From Podarcis tiliguerta (lineage: Eukaryota): a DNA stretch of 64,000 nt. Each line of letters starts with the position of its first letter. Positions within the stretch are counted from its first letter, which is position 1. Both the position numbers and the translations under genes were made by a program. The notes beneath the pieces were generated by a model, which did no database searches, was not told the origin of the DNA, and saw only the letters and a list, made by a program, of their open reading frames with translations. Positions 1-12,766 of the stretch are shown here, in pieces. The stretch is taken from the NCBI GenBank assembly GCA_965153285.1, contig OZ229114.1. The stretch is one strand, 5' to 3'.

Positions 1-999
1 AGGGAGATAACCTTTGTGGCATATAGAAAGCTCCAAAAAACCATCAACCCACACTTACCCCGGTGATCTTTCTGTGGAAGTCAAAACGCAGGTTGTTGTC
101 CATTGGGGCAATCTCTGTCTTTTACGTCCAGACAATACAATGAAGGTTCAGCAGGAAGAAGTGAAGTTGCCTGGCTGAGATCCACTTGCTCATTTCAGTG
201 ACCCATGATGGGATTGTCCAGGAGAGATGAAAAATTCAGCAAAGTAATACTTGATGCTGTAAGACCCTCTGGAGGCTCAAGCTACGGAGACGCAAACACA
301 CACCTCCCCACCCCCCCACCAACTTGCCAAAAGACGGACAGAAAAAGCCACAAGCACATGGGCCAAGGCACTAAAAGGAAGATAGGGAGAGAAAGATGCA
401 AGAGACGGAAGAAAAGTTCTGCTTCATTAAGCCCTTAGAGGCAGTGCTCAATCACATGATGGTTGATGTGATTCGCTTCGCTTATTTGAGAAAGAGATAC
501 ATAGTTCAGAACCTGGAGCCGCTAGGACCTTCCAGCATTGGCAGCTGCCCAGGGCAATGTTAACTCTCTCTGTACCTGGATAAAGATTGTAGGAGAAGGG
601 ATTAGCACATTAGAAATGTATAACAATAAGGGCCATTGTAGAGCTGAAGGGTGGTATTCAATTTAGCCTTGTTTAGCGTAGATCCATCAAAATTAATTGG
701 CTACCTTAGCCACGTTCATTCATTTCAATGAGCCTATGCTGGGGCTGATGGAAGTTGAGAGTCCAGCAACATGTGGACTTCCTTCCCTAAATGGAGAACA
801 TAGAATGGAATCCTTTTCTTTCAGAATTTCATGTCGGGTGCTAGAGGAGGATGAGGTAGCAATGCATCTTGAGTCTATATAGCCTCACAGATTTCAGAGA
901 GATTTCAAGTGGGGGATGTAGTTTAACTCCTTGCTGACTGGGGAAGTCCACTGCTAGGTGGACTCTAACTAAAATCTCTAACTAAGGAAAGTTCATTGC

Positions 1000-1225
1000 T
1001 TTCCAAGGGTGTTGAACAGTTCATACCACCAGGCAATATTTAGTAATGTGTTGTCTAAATCCACTCATTAAGTTGAACCCATTGGCGTTGGTTCCTATCC
1101 CTACATTGTGCAGCAACAGAAGACAAACTTGGCTTCATCTATTTGAAGGTGGCTTTCATATTACCTCTTAATTGTGCTTTCTTCAGGCTAAACATGGCCA
1201 GTTCCTTCAGCCATTCCTCATAAAA
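1000..1225 (-). mobile_element. Degenerate CR1 LINE fragment
   Basis: Contains CR1 antisense-type phrases (aacccattgg...gcagcaacaga; ttcttcaggctaaacatggccagttccttcagccattcctcata). Boundaries approximate. Confidence 0.55.
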
Positions 1226-2181
1226 CTTGAGGTGCATCTAAGTGAGCTGTTGATTGAGCACTTATCCTGATTCATTTGTTCACAGAGCAGCTAGACAATG
1301 CTGACTTGTTAGTGAGCATTCATCTCTATCTGTTTGCGGGGAGTTTGTTTAGACAATGTTGCATCAAACACTTTCCACAGTTTCCGGTGCATTTCCCCAT
1401 TACTTTCCATATTTCCCAAAAATCTGATATTTTGGGAAAGTGGGTTTGTTGTGCAAGTCTTCCTGATCTACTATCACAACCAGAATTGGGTGGTATGTGC
1501 TTGAATCCCACCCCCAAATAGCAACAGTCCGTCTCCAGGCTTCTCAACATCTTTGTTCCTGTTCCAGTTGGATGGTGTTGAAAGGAAGAGTCTGCTGTCC
1601 CAAACCTTTCCCAAGAGTAATAAAAAGTCCCTCCAACCACTAGCATAAATTTGTGCCTCTCCCTACCCAATCACATTGTCCTTTAAAAAAAAAGCATTGA
1701 GATTTATTTTCTGCCTGAAAACACAAGTTGCCTTCTGTTCAAAAAATCATTTCTCCTGGTGTGATTAAATTTGCTCTAAAACCATGTTGGCACACCATGC
1801 AGTCACACATCTGGAGAGGTGCCCGTGTTTTTTGGGTTCACCCCAGTAACAGTGCAGCGGTAAGAGTCGAAGGGCTGCAACTGACCCCAGGTTAAGCCTA
1901 TTAGCCTAGGGAAAGGGGTTGACGGAGTCAGTATCTGGCGAACCTCAGATCAAATGGAGAATTTATTGACTAGCATAAAAGCACGTTGAGCGGTAAATTC
2001 CAGTGCTTTGGAGAACCTGGAGAATAGTTCTGATATTTTAACCAAATTCCTAGACTCAAAGTTCTTAAGGAACATAGTAAGCCATCTTATACCGAGTCAG
2101 ACCATTTGGTCCACCTTGCTCAGTATTGTCTGCATCAATTAGCAGTTCTCCAGAATTACAGGTATAGGACAGCCCTTATCT

Positions 2182-2790
2182 GGGACGTGGGTGGCGCTGT
2201 GGTCTAAACCACAGAGCCTAGGGCTTGCCGATCAGAAGGTTGGCGGTTTGAATCCCTGCGACGGGGTGAGCTCCCATTGTTCGGTCTCTGCTCCTGCCAA
2301 CCTAGCAGTTTGAAAGCACATCAAAGTGCAAGTAGATAAATAGGTACCACTGTGGCAGGAAGGTAAATGGCATTTCTGTGCGCTGCTCTGGTTTCACCAG
2401 AAGCGGCTTAGTCATGCTGGCTACATGACCCGGAAGCTGTACGCCGGCTCCCTCAGCCAGTAAAGCGAGATGAGCGCCACAACCCCAGAGTCAGCCACAG
2501 CTGGATCTAACTGCCAGGGGTAAAAAAGGTAAAGGTACCCCTGCCCGTTTGGGCCACTCTTGTCAGACTCTAGGGTTGTGCACTCATCTCACTCTATAGG
2601 CCGGGAGCCAGCGCTGTCCGCAGACACTTCCAGGTCACATGGCCAGCGTGACAAACTGCATCTGGCGAGCCAGCACAGCACATGGAACGCCGTTTACCTT
2701 CCCGCTGTTATGCGGTCCCTTTTCATCTACTTGCACCCGGAGGTGCTTTTGAACTGCTAGGTCGAACTGCCAGGGGTATCTTTACCTTTA
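2182..2790 (+). mobile_element. Full-length Sauria SINE (Squam1/POM-type), split near its 3' end by a second SINE
   Basis: Head gggacgtgggtggcgctgtggtctaaaccacagagcc, body aaagtgcaagtagataaataggtacc, tail tttaccttta; flanking repeat ttatctgg at 2176-2183 and 2788-2795. Confidence 0.9.
2523..2764 (-). mobile_element. 5'-truncated Sauria SINE nested in antisense
   Basis: Starts with the reverse-complement tail aaaggtaaagg; flanked by a perfect 14-bp TSD aactgccaggggta (2509-2522 and 2765-2778). Confidence 0.88.
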
Positions 2791-3202
2791 TCTGGAGATG
2801 CTGGCAGTTGTTCTCAATGAGCTATGGCACTTCCCCTGTAAATTTTCAGACAACAACCCTAACACATTTACTTGGGAACAGATGTGTCCTATTGAACTCA
2901 AGAGGATTTATGACTGAGTAGGCAAGTATAGGGTTACACTGTAAGTGTATGTCTTTTGTACCAGGCACCAGTTGGTAGATCTTAAGGTTTTAGTAAAAAA
3001 ACACAACTACACCCAGAGTAGATCCTGGGACTCTGAATTCTTCCTACCCCTTTACTAGAATAATACAAGTGGCCTTAATTGATATTGGATAGAATTGAAC
3101 GTTCTTACACACACACAAAATCACTGGTGACCTCTGGAGTATTTTCTCCTTTTGAAGAGTTCTGTTGATGCTTAGCACAATGCCTGTACCAACTTCTTAA
3201 AG

Positions 3203-3540
3203 CAGGGGTCATCAACCTTTTTCAGCCATGGGCCAGTCCACTGTCCCTCAGAGCATGTGGTGGACCAGACTATATATATATATATATATATATATTTTGG
3301 GGGGGAAATGAACGAATTCCTATGCCCCATAAATAACTCAGAGATGCATTCTAAATAAAAGCACACATTCTACTCATGTAAAAACACCAGGCAGGCCCCA
3401 CAAATAACCCAGAGATGCATTTGAAATAAAAGGACACATTCTACTCATGTAAAAACACACTGATTCCCGGACCATCCACGGGCCGGATTGAGAAGGCGAT
3501 TGGGTCGCATCTGGCCCATGAACCTTAGGTTGCCTACCCG
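3203..3540. mobile_element. Non-autonomous hAT (Charlie-like) MITE
   Basis: Perfect 8-bp TSD tcttaaag (3195-3202, 3541-3548); imperfect TIRs caggggtcatcaacct / aggttgcctacccg; internal ~70-bp direct repeat in two copies and a (TA)n run at 3271-3294. Confidence 0.85.
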
Positions 3541-5785
3541 TCTTAAAGTCTTGAGTCACTTCACTTTGGGAGCAGTGGGAGATATGGTTGTTATGCAAAT
3601 ATTCATCAATGGAGCTATTGTTCTGCCAATATTTAGGCTTTTAAAAGCATACTTCCTACAGGGTGTGTTCAGTATTAGTCTCCAGTATCAGGAGGAGAAA
3701 ACCAGTTGTGCCACACTGCCCATGTTATATGGAATAAAATTGGTTCTTTCATTGCTTAGCAATGCCCAAGCAGTATTTGTGAACTGAGGAAACAGTGCCA
3801 GGGAAAGGTGATTTCTGCTCCTTAGTAATCAGTAATGTCAATTTCAATTCTCTTTGTTTCTCATTTTTCCAATCTTACACTCAGTTCTCCACACTTCCAC
3901 AGCAATTTGCAATTTTAAAAAATCCTCATTGTCTGCATTTTAGTGTGAATTTATCCAAATAAAACATTTTTATGCCCTTTTGACTAATGCACACTTTTTT
4001 GCAGTTTCCTGACACAAGGCAATTTTGTATGTTATTTTCATAAATGTATTCATTTTTTATGCATGCTTACTGCCAATATATGCATATTTGTAAAAGTTGG
4101 CTGGAAAACTGAATCGCAAAATGCATTTGTGCATTAGTTTGAGAAGGGTGAATTAGTTTCACATTAAAATGCAAACAAAACCAAATTTCTTTCCTTGTTC
4201 TTTCCTACTCAGAACAAATACTTCCCTTTTGGAAAATGAGGCAGTAAAGCAGGTGAAGCAGAGACCTTCAGAGTTTGGTAATGAACTGAGTTGGCAAGAG
4301 GAGGGCAAGAGCAACAAAGAGCCGGCCACAGTTATTCAATTTACGGTCAGAAGTCTTCATTTTTGGGAGAGCTTGTGAGGCTGAGGCAGCCCACAAGGCA
4401 CAAGACTGAAAACTCTTGGCAGCAAAAGAATCCTTTTTTCCTAGACTGGGTGGCCACCCCTTCTCAAGCCTTCACTCTAGCCATGAAAGAACACTTTTGT
4501 ATTCTTATAAGTTGGTGGATGGAATTTGTTTTGCGGAAACCTGGCATTCTGCCAAGGTTGGATATTTCTTGCTGCCCCAGAAAAAGAATTTGCAGCACTT
4601 CTAGCTCTCCCACCTACCTGGTATACCAATATTTGGGCGAAGATGCACAAGTATCTTGCTTCTCTTCAGTACCACACTAGTAACTGAGTGCTATTCCAGG
4701 TTCCAGGATCAATTATCCATAATGCCTTTCAACTCCCAGCTGACATGCTTCTCGCATTGTGGGCCAATTTCAGAAGAGGCACTTCATTTTCAAATTTCAA
4801 TTTTCCCTGCATGATGACATTACACTCATCTGTGCAATGATTTTTGAGCAAAACCCAAACTTTTGTATTCTGACATCGCACCCACCATTTGTAGTGTGTA
4901 ACATGAGACCTCAAGCAAGTCTCATAAACCTGTTGTGTTAATGCATTGTCCTGGCTCGAGGGATTTCTCAACATTGGATGTGCATCATGATGCAAAAGTA
5001 CATGAGATGCATGCCCATAGCTTTGTCCAGAGCAGATTTGGAAGGTGGTTGAGAGCAAGGAGACTCAGGACAATTTAAAGACACCCTCTGCAATTTTAGT
5101 ACAACAATGCATGATTAAGGACAGCTCCAATGCATGGGCATCTCATAGCAGAGGAGTGGGCAGAAAGTTGATCAGAATCTAGGGACAATCTCTGGGTGAG
5201 CTACTGCAGATCAGCAAATGCTTTCGACTGCCAAAACTTTGTTCACCTCAGTGAGGCAGCTGAAATGAAGAAAGCTCATCCGGAGTGGATTTCTGTGTGA
5301 AATGGCTTGAGGCTCATTTCAGTTCTGGTACTGAAAATGAATCCCTCCATACAGAAAGCACCAGAAGGCTCCCAGTTTTTAAATTTTAACCATATGCCTT
5401 TTGGACCTGGTTCCTGTTGGTAGATCATTGGATTTGGGGAGTGATGCAGCAAGCCTAGTCTTTCCAGCCCAGCATAGTATTTATGTGAAATATACACTAC
5501 TTTTCTCATAGCACATTTTATCATTGGAGTTGGGAATTCTAAACAAAGCCTCCTTAGGATTTCAGTTTTCTCACTGCTCCTCAAAACAGCATCCTGGGTG
5601 GCCAACTGAGTGAAGCAGAGGACCTCAGCAGTTAACTGCCCAGAACATACTACTTGACGTAGTCCAGATTTAGCCACTTCCCTTTCCTCAAGGCAGGGTG
5701 CCAAAAGATAAAATGTATATACTACCTAGAAAGCCAGTCATGCAAAGGCGAATGTCCACACTGAGCTGGAAACCTAGTGGAGATA

Positions 5786-6149
5786 CAGTGGTGCCTCGCA
5801 AGACGAAAAGAATCCGTTCCGCGAGTCTCTTCGTCTAGCGGTTTTTTTGTCTTGCGAAGCAACCCCATTAGCAGATTAGCGGATTAGCGCTATTAACGGT
5901 TTAGCAGCTATTAAAGGCTATTAAAGGCTTAAGGGATTAGCGGATTAGCTGCTAAAAGGCTATTAGCAGCTTAGTGCTTAGAAGAAGGGGGTGGGGAGCG
6001 AAAAAAAATCCCAGGAACTCGCAAGACATTTTCGTCTTGCGAAGCAAGCCCATAGGAAATTCATTCTGCGAAGCACCTCCAAAACGGAAAACCCTTTTGT
6101 CTAGTGGGTTTTCCATCTTGCGAGGCATTCGTCTTGCGCGGCACCACTG
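5786..6149. mobile_element. Tc1/mariner (Tigger/pogo-like) MITE
   Basis: 22-bp TIRs CAGTGGTGCCTCGCAAGACGAA (21/22 match), TA on both sides, internal copies of ttcgtcttgcg and micro-repeats attagcgg/ctattaaagg. Confidence 0.9.
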
Positions 6150-6959
6150 TACGTCCTTTGGCGTATTAGAAATAGGAGGTGAAAAGAGGGGAGAGCAACA
6201 GGCAGTGCCCTGTGAGGGGTCCAGTAGCCTGAGAACAAAATAGGGACAAACAAACCTTCCAAATACGCAAGTAAAAAGTGAAGGCACTAGTAGCAAGCAA
6301 TGCTGTAAAATTTAGAGAAATGGCAGCATATATCTACTTCTTTGCTAGTAAATAATTTTGAGGGCTAGCAACTTTTATGGTCTGCAATACTGTTTTGAAG
6401 GGTTTCCTTAACTGGTGATGCCAGAACCCCCTTTTCTTCATTCATCATCTTTCAAGTTTAGTATTGTGGTTAATTTGTCCTCAAATGCTTGGAAATGTCT
6501 AAAATTTGTTAAATTTTTATATTGTTTCTTAAATGAAATGCCACTTGGATAGTTTTGGTTTTTTTGCAGTCTAAAGCATCCAGCAAACAAGCAATCTTTG
6601 GAAATAACCATTTCCCCCCTCTCTGCCCTTGGTTCATGGTTTTGCTCTGCAACCGTAGATTGTATTTTCTCTCACAAAGCGCTGCACAATTTACAGGCAT
6701 TTTGCATAGTTGGAGAAGGATGTTATGATACACAGAACAGATTTTACTTAATATAGGCCCTGCTGTTTTGAGGGTGCCTCCAAGGTGCCTACGTTTTCCA
6801 TCTGCTTTCCCACCAGCCTTCCTGAAGGAAAATCATGGAGAAAGTAGTAGGCAGGTCTGTTGGAATATATGGTACAGTGACATCTAAAACATAGTGTGAC
6901 ACACACTAGTCTTATTGAAAATGTGAGGCAGACAAGAGAGGAGCAGAAGCCAAGACGAG

Positions 6960-7103
6960 GCTTGGCTAGCTCAGTCGGTAGAGCATGAAACTCTTAATCT
7001 CAGAGTTGTGGGATAAGGTCCATATTGAGCTAAAGATTCCTGCATTGCAGAGGGTTGGATTAGATTGCCCTTGTGGTCCCTTGTGACTCTATAATTCTAT
7101 GAT
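6960..7103 (+). mobile_element. tRNA-Lys(CTT)-derived SINE with CR1-type tail
   Basis: Head ggctagctcagtcggtagagcatgaaactcttaatctcag is tRNA-Lys-like but the T arm/B box is degenerate; tail gggttggattagat...gtccctt...attctatgat is a CR1-type 3' end. Confidence 0.8.
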
Positions 7104-10100
7104 GTGTGGATCTCCATCCTTGGTTCTGTCCAAACCACCTAAAGTATTTTGTTTTGTTGGATTCATGTGTAGTGTGTTAGTTGAATTTTCTCTTTTTTAA
7201 ACCAAGATTCCGAAAGGCCAGTTTCAGTGGACTAAATGAACTGCTAGGAGAGCAAACTTTCTAATTGCAAAGAAAATCCAGGTCAGAAAACAATGGACTG
7301 GCCTTAAGCACAAATAAAAATATACCTAATGGGAAAAGTTAGCCAGAGGTGAAGGTGGCAAAGCAACATGGTGGGTCCAGTAAGAAGGTAGAATTTGGAT
7401 TATTCTGTATGTCATCTTCTTTGAACCAAAAACATTTAAATAGCTGCATTCTGTGCATCTTCTAAATAAGGGAATGTCACAGTTTTTCACTCAAATATCC
7501 TGTAGGATCCATTTAGGATCCCTTTTCCCTTTTTAAATGCACTCATTTTGCTGTCACACGTTTTGATCAATTTACAGTGCTTTAGATGGAAGATATCATT
7601 AATAAATGGAACTCTTATAAAGTACGCTGAGATTTTATGAATAAGCTGCCCCAGTGTGAATGAATGACAGTCAATGCACTTAATGAGATGAGGTTGAAGT
7701 TCTGCACTAGTTCATTCATTGTCATAGTGCCTGGGAAACAAACATTCATTTAAGATTAAAGAAAAAAAAACACGCTCAGCAGGTTCACAGCTTAATCTTA
7801 TAATTGTATTTAAGTTATCTTCTGAACAGTTAAAATATTTTTTCTTAAAAAAACCACACATTACCATGACCCTAGCTCAAGTGAACATTAGTACGTTAGC
7901 TACACATCACCAGAACATAATCACAAAAATTCCAAAGCACTCATTACTTTTAGAATCTAGAGAACAAAGAGAGCAGAGTTACAAATAAAAATAAGAGATC
8001 ATGTGCTTTCTTTTTAACCTTCTGTGCCCACAGTTATCTGAGCTTCCTGCAGTTGCTAAAGGCATGCACTGGTCTAGTGGGTGTTTGCTTTCAAAGGAGC
8101 AGCAAGCTGTTAAGAGAATAAATTGTCATAAGAGCCAATTCAATTTTGCCAGATTTTAAACTTGCACCCCTCACACTAACGTGCTGTACAAAAAGATATT
8201 AGCAATTTATATTGTGAGCATTTCCTCTTGTATGGATCAACAGCTACCTTACTTTTCCCTACTCAACCTAAATTCATAATTTGGAAGTGAATTTTTTTGA
8301 CCATCTATGACCATTTTAGTCCCAGAGAGATAAGGAGAAAAAAAGCGCTCTGCTTTAACCAGTAAAGGCAGCCAATAACATGGAGAAAATAAACATGGAG
8401 TATTTAGAAAATGGTCTTCTGTGCCTTTCTGCTAAAGCATCTGCTTTGGGCATCATAGATTGGGCAGCGTGCACAACAATGATTTATGCATATTTGACTC
8501 CTGAGAATCCCAGCTTCCCTTTTTAAAAAGCAAGTTTCTAGCCCTCGTTATAGTGAAAATACATTTGAAATCATGCAAGAACCATTGTGAAATGCTCAGG
8601 TCAAAACCTGAAGCTTTAGTTTCTTGAAGCCTACCCTTGCAACCTTGTTTTGCTCACACTCATACAGCTTTTCACAACCCTCTTGCCTGTCCAAACTTTC
8701 ATTGTCCATTTGATCTTGTGCAAGTGCCCAAATGCAGAGTTCAGAAGAAAGCATGCAAATCAATACAAATTAAGTGAATTTGGGTGTTTTACTGATTTGC
8801 ATTGAGCAGTGAATTTTAGTTTTTTAATGTACACAAGTAGACCTACAGAACAGACCACTACTTATACTTTCTCCAGAAAAGCTGAGTAGCACTTTAGGGA
8901 AAGCATTTCTGCATCTAGAGTGGTGTCTGTAGATCAGTGAATTTGCATGAGCTCTAGAGCCAGGTAATAATGGTTTCTTAATGGTTTCATAGTTATGTTC
9001 CATTGTGAAGGTTATTGTTGATTTGTCAAAGGTCTACATCCTGAGCATACCTTGCATCACTGAAAGGTCACTAATTTTAAATCTCTGTATGATTACTGCC
9101 ACTTTTGAAGACCTAAATTCGTGTGCTACAGCCCAATTGCATTTTGCAGACCAAAGATATAATGTATAACTATGCCCATGATATAGGATGCTGCAGTCCT
9201 GAAAAGAGCTCTGACTTTAACAAGCAGATTGAGGACTAGTCAATCACAATTGTGAAGGGGAGCCTATAAATAAAGCATGGGCTGCACCCATGTTTTATTC
9301 CAGCAGCCATGTTATAAATCAGAAAGATGCAGAGGGTGACTTACAATACAGAAGTGTTGCTTCCAGAGCATGCAGTTCCCAGGATGCAGCATTTAAACCC
9401 AAGTGGAAACTGCCCAGGACATGATGGCCTAAATAGTGAGAATTGTGCTTCCACAACCAGTTGGCTCACTCTCAGCTGGATATGTGAGATTGATTTCAGA
9501 AAAAGGAGATTTACCCAGAAGTGCAGCTTGAGGAAAAATCCAAAAGGCTTCCTTCTTCAGGGAAACCCCTCCCCCCCAAACCCCCCTAATTTGACCACTT
9601 GATTAAAGGAAGAGGAATGGATTAGGGCACAGCTCAGCATTGTTAAAATGCATCATATATGTAGGCCACTTAGGGACCATATATGTGCCTTGTGCCACCT
9701 AGAGTTTCCCCAATTCTTTCTTCCCGAATCCAAGAGAATTTGGGAAGGCATGCAAGCCTTATAAGCCTTTGTAACTAAAAACTACTGAATGTTCCTCCTA
9801 CCCTCCTATATAGAATAGTTCCTTCCTGGTATGAAGCAACAGCAGAAAACAGCACACAAGTAGTCACTTCTTTTGATAACACTGTTAACTCCTAAACATG
9901 TCTGAGCATAGCATGGGAGGGGAAAAACCCCCAGGACCAGAGGACCTCATTTGGAGAGGTACCAATCACATGAGTTCAAACTGGCAGATTCATATATGAA
10001 CCCAGAGAAGGGGAACACACATATGTACCACTCTCCTTTTCTTTTATGAAGTCAAAATAGGTTTGTTTTTTTGCTGGCGGCAGCAGGGTCTCTCTCCCAT

Positions 10101-11049
10101 CTTCTAATTTCAGAAGCAAGCATAAAGTCTTAAAATAGTCATCAAAAGGTCCAACTTGTTCAGAAGCCTAATCAGGAACAGTGAAAGTGGCTTAGCGTTG
10201 CTGCAGGGGGGGTATTCCTATGCTACGTATTCAGCTGGGTGCCCAGGCTGAGTTTATGTTATTTAAACTACTCAATTGCTCTAGGGTTAGAAATGCACAG
10301 TTTTACAGCAAGGTTCTCTCCTATGGCTCAGAGCCAGTTGTGCGCTGCTTTTCCTTCTGTAAATACCTGCCTGTGGAGCTCTCCGCTCCACACCAGTGAA
10401 AGGCAAGGCCATTTGTGATTAGCAATTCCAAGTTAGCATTTCATTGCAAAGAAAGATATTAGGGCTCAGCCCCTCTTCAGAAACGTCATTAAAATTCCCT
10501 TTTCAGCTTTCGCATCAGATCCATTTGGAATTACCCATATCAAATTAACCCTTGAAATGTCCATGTTCGGAGATACTTTAGAGCCTTTCTCTTCCAGTGA
10601 AGACCAAAGCCCTCCCCAAATGGTTGGAGATGCAGTAGGCTGAAGGCTGTAAACTTCATGCAACTTGAGTGGGGTAGAAGTTGGAGGGAGGAGGTCTTGC
10701 TTTTTGCAGTGGCCTTTCTCCATGCCAAGGCATGGTGGGCCCTCCTTCTAGTGGAAAAGCAACATTTCAGCTTCTTCCTTGAAATGACTTAACAGGAAAA
10801 AACCTCACTACTTTCCCCTTGGTGACAGGTTTTATACATTAGAATTAATTCTCCAGTACCATGTTTGTTTGTTTTAAAGCCCCAAAGCAGTTAGGTGTGT
10901 TTGGGAACAACAGCAGGGAAGAGAAGGGTTATGACAATAAGGAAAGGCTGCACCAAAAATGACATTGTCTCTTATCTGATCTCCAACTCCACATAACAGA
11001 AACAACCCTCCTATGTGCTTGACTGAGCCACCGCCAAAGACACTTCCCT

Positions 11050-11073
11050 ACACACACACACACACACACACAC
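11050..11073. repeat. (CA)n microsatellite in the 3' UTR
   Basis: About 12 AC units, read directly. Confidence 0.95.
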
Positions 11074-12758
11074 GGGAGAAAATACTGATCTCACAGCTCT
11101 GCCAGCGAGCAAGAGAAAATAACCTGTTGATGCTCCAGTTGTAGTGGATCTACAGTCCTGTTCCACACATTGTCAATACTGTACTACAAAGGATAAATGG
11201 AATCCGAGTAATAGTGATGAAACAGGGCTGGGGCGACAGTGAGCTTTCAAACATAATGAAGAACTAGTATGTGGCAATCTGTCTCTCGTTTTCCATCTTG
11301 CTTTGCAATTCAGTGTGCAAGGCAACCTTTTTCATACTCTGAAGGATAGCAGAGTTAAGGAAAGCTGCCTAGCTGCAGCTGTGACTTCCTTTGCCTATGC
11401 TTAAAAAGAAAAGCAGACCAAGATCAGCATGTTTATCCCCACCCCAAGAGAACAAATACTTCTGATTATGCCTTTGGTGCTAATGCAGCCCTGGATGATA
11501 CGCAGGCTGAGAATCCATGGGTAAGGCAGAGCACTTGCACAAAACTCTCACTTTTGAACCAGAGTAGAGAACTACAGGACAGAACCAGCTGCCCGTTTAT
11601 TCTTAGTTTCCACTGACTTTCTGAGCCCGCCATGGCAAATACCAAACTTCACTGGAGGGAAATTGCTACTCCCAAGTGAATGAAGAGGAGACAGGCCACA
11701 GAGGGGACCTGCTTAGCAGCATAAAAGTGAAGCTCTTTCCCCCTAACTTCCAAATTTGAATCTTGGCCAAAGAAGTTAACCCTTCCTTGTAGGAGACAAG
11801 CGTTATGCTATTCCCACACAATGAAGGGGGGTTATGTAGTACCATAGGACAGGTTTGCTTTTGGTCTTTTCTGTCCCTAGCTAAGACCCCTCCACTGTTC
11901 TCCTCTACTATTATCCCTTCCACCACAAAATGACCTTGCAGCTTACAGACTAAGATGTGGAGTCATCAGAATCTCCCGTTCTTTCAGGAGTTCCATTCCA
12001 ACAGAGTATGGCAACAAAGCACAAATGCCAGCCAACGAATAATGACACAATCAGGTTAACAGGAGAAGTCTGAAGTCTTGACTGAGTGCTGAGGGAATAG
12101 GGTGGTTGCTACTGTTGATACCATACTCTTCTTCCGGGGGGGGGGGGCAAGGAGCAGAGGTGCAGTACTGCACCATGTGGGGAGGGAAGGAAGAAGAACA
12201 TGGAAATATATTCATATACTTTGACAGCAGAAATACTGCCCATCACCAATGTGGTCACCAGTAAGTCTCACCTCTTAAGTAAATTAGACTTTGGCAGAAG
12301 AAGGCTTCACCTTTCATTTACTGGCATCTGCCGGATGAAGATTTTAGACAAGTGACTAACTGCAGAGGGCTTAGCTGAAATTATTTAGACTTCATCATTA
12401 TCTCCCGACTGGTTTCTGGCCACCGGGGCCTTCATTTGGCATCAAGTTGGCCCTCCTTTAAAGTCCAAGGCCCATCTACAGAAAAGTAGATGCGTCCTTA
12501 TCACAAGTCCCCAAAGGTAGAGGCATCAGCCTGCTGTTCCCCACCTACCAACACATCACAAGGTGATTCTCCCATGGGAACGAATGGTGGCAAGGATTTT
12601 TCTGCTTAAGAGCGAAGCAAGAAATTCTGGCAACATGTTAAATATATTTATAGGACATCTGCACTCAGGACAAGAGAGGAGATGGGAGGGAGAAGTGTGT
12701 GAAGAGGGGAGGTGTAACACATCAGTCATTCAGGAAAGATAAAAGGAATCTTCTGATA

Positions 12759-12766
12759 TAGCAGCA
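12759..12766 (-). promoter_or_regulatory. miR-15/16-family 8mer seed site (UGCUGCUA) in the proximal 3' UTR
   Basis: Plus-strand tagcagca; lies in a stretch that resembles the human BTRC UTR as I recall it (GTGCTGCTAT). Confidence 0.55.

Larger units (their letters stand above)
2068..2836 (-). mobile_element. Old tRNA-derived, CR1-tailed SINE (Squam2-like), interrupted by nested Sauria SINEs
   Basis: Left half aggaacatag...cttataccgagtcagaccatttggtcca...ctcagtattgtct (2068-2181) resumes at tctggagatgc...tgagctatggcacttccc (2791-2836); same family as the copy at 39385-39590. Confidence 0.7.

Noticed and set aside
6960-7032. Apparent tRNA-Lys(CTT) gene
   Set aside because: The T arm/B box and acceptor stem are broken and it runs into a CR1-type tail, so it is a SINE.
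1-7700. Exons of the expected neighbour POLL or another gene
   Set aside because: No recognisable coding sequence or coherent exon chain; the ORFs here are short and partly TE-derived.
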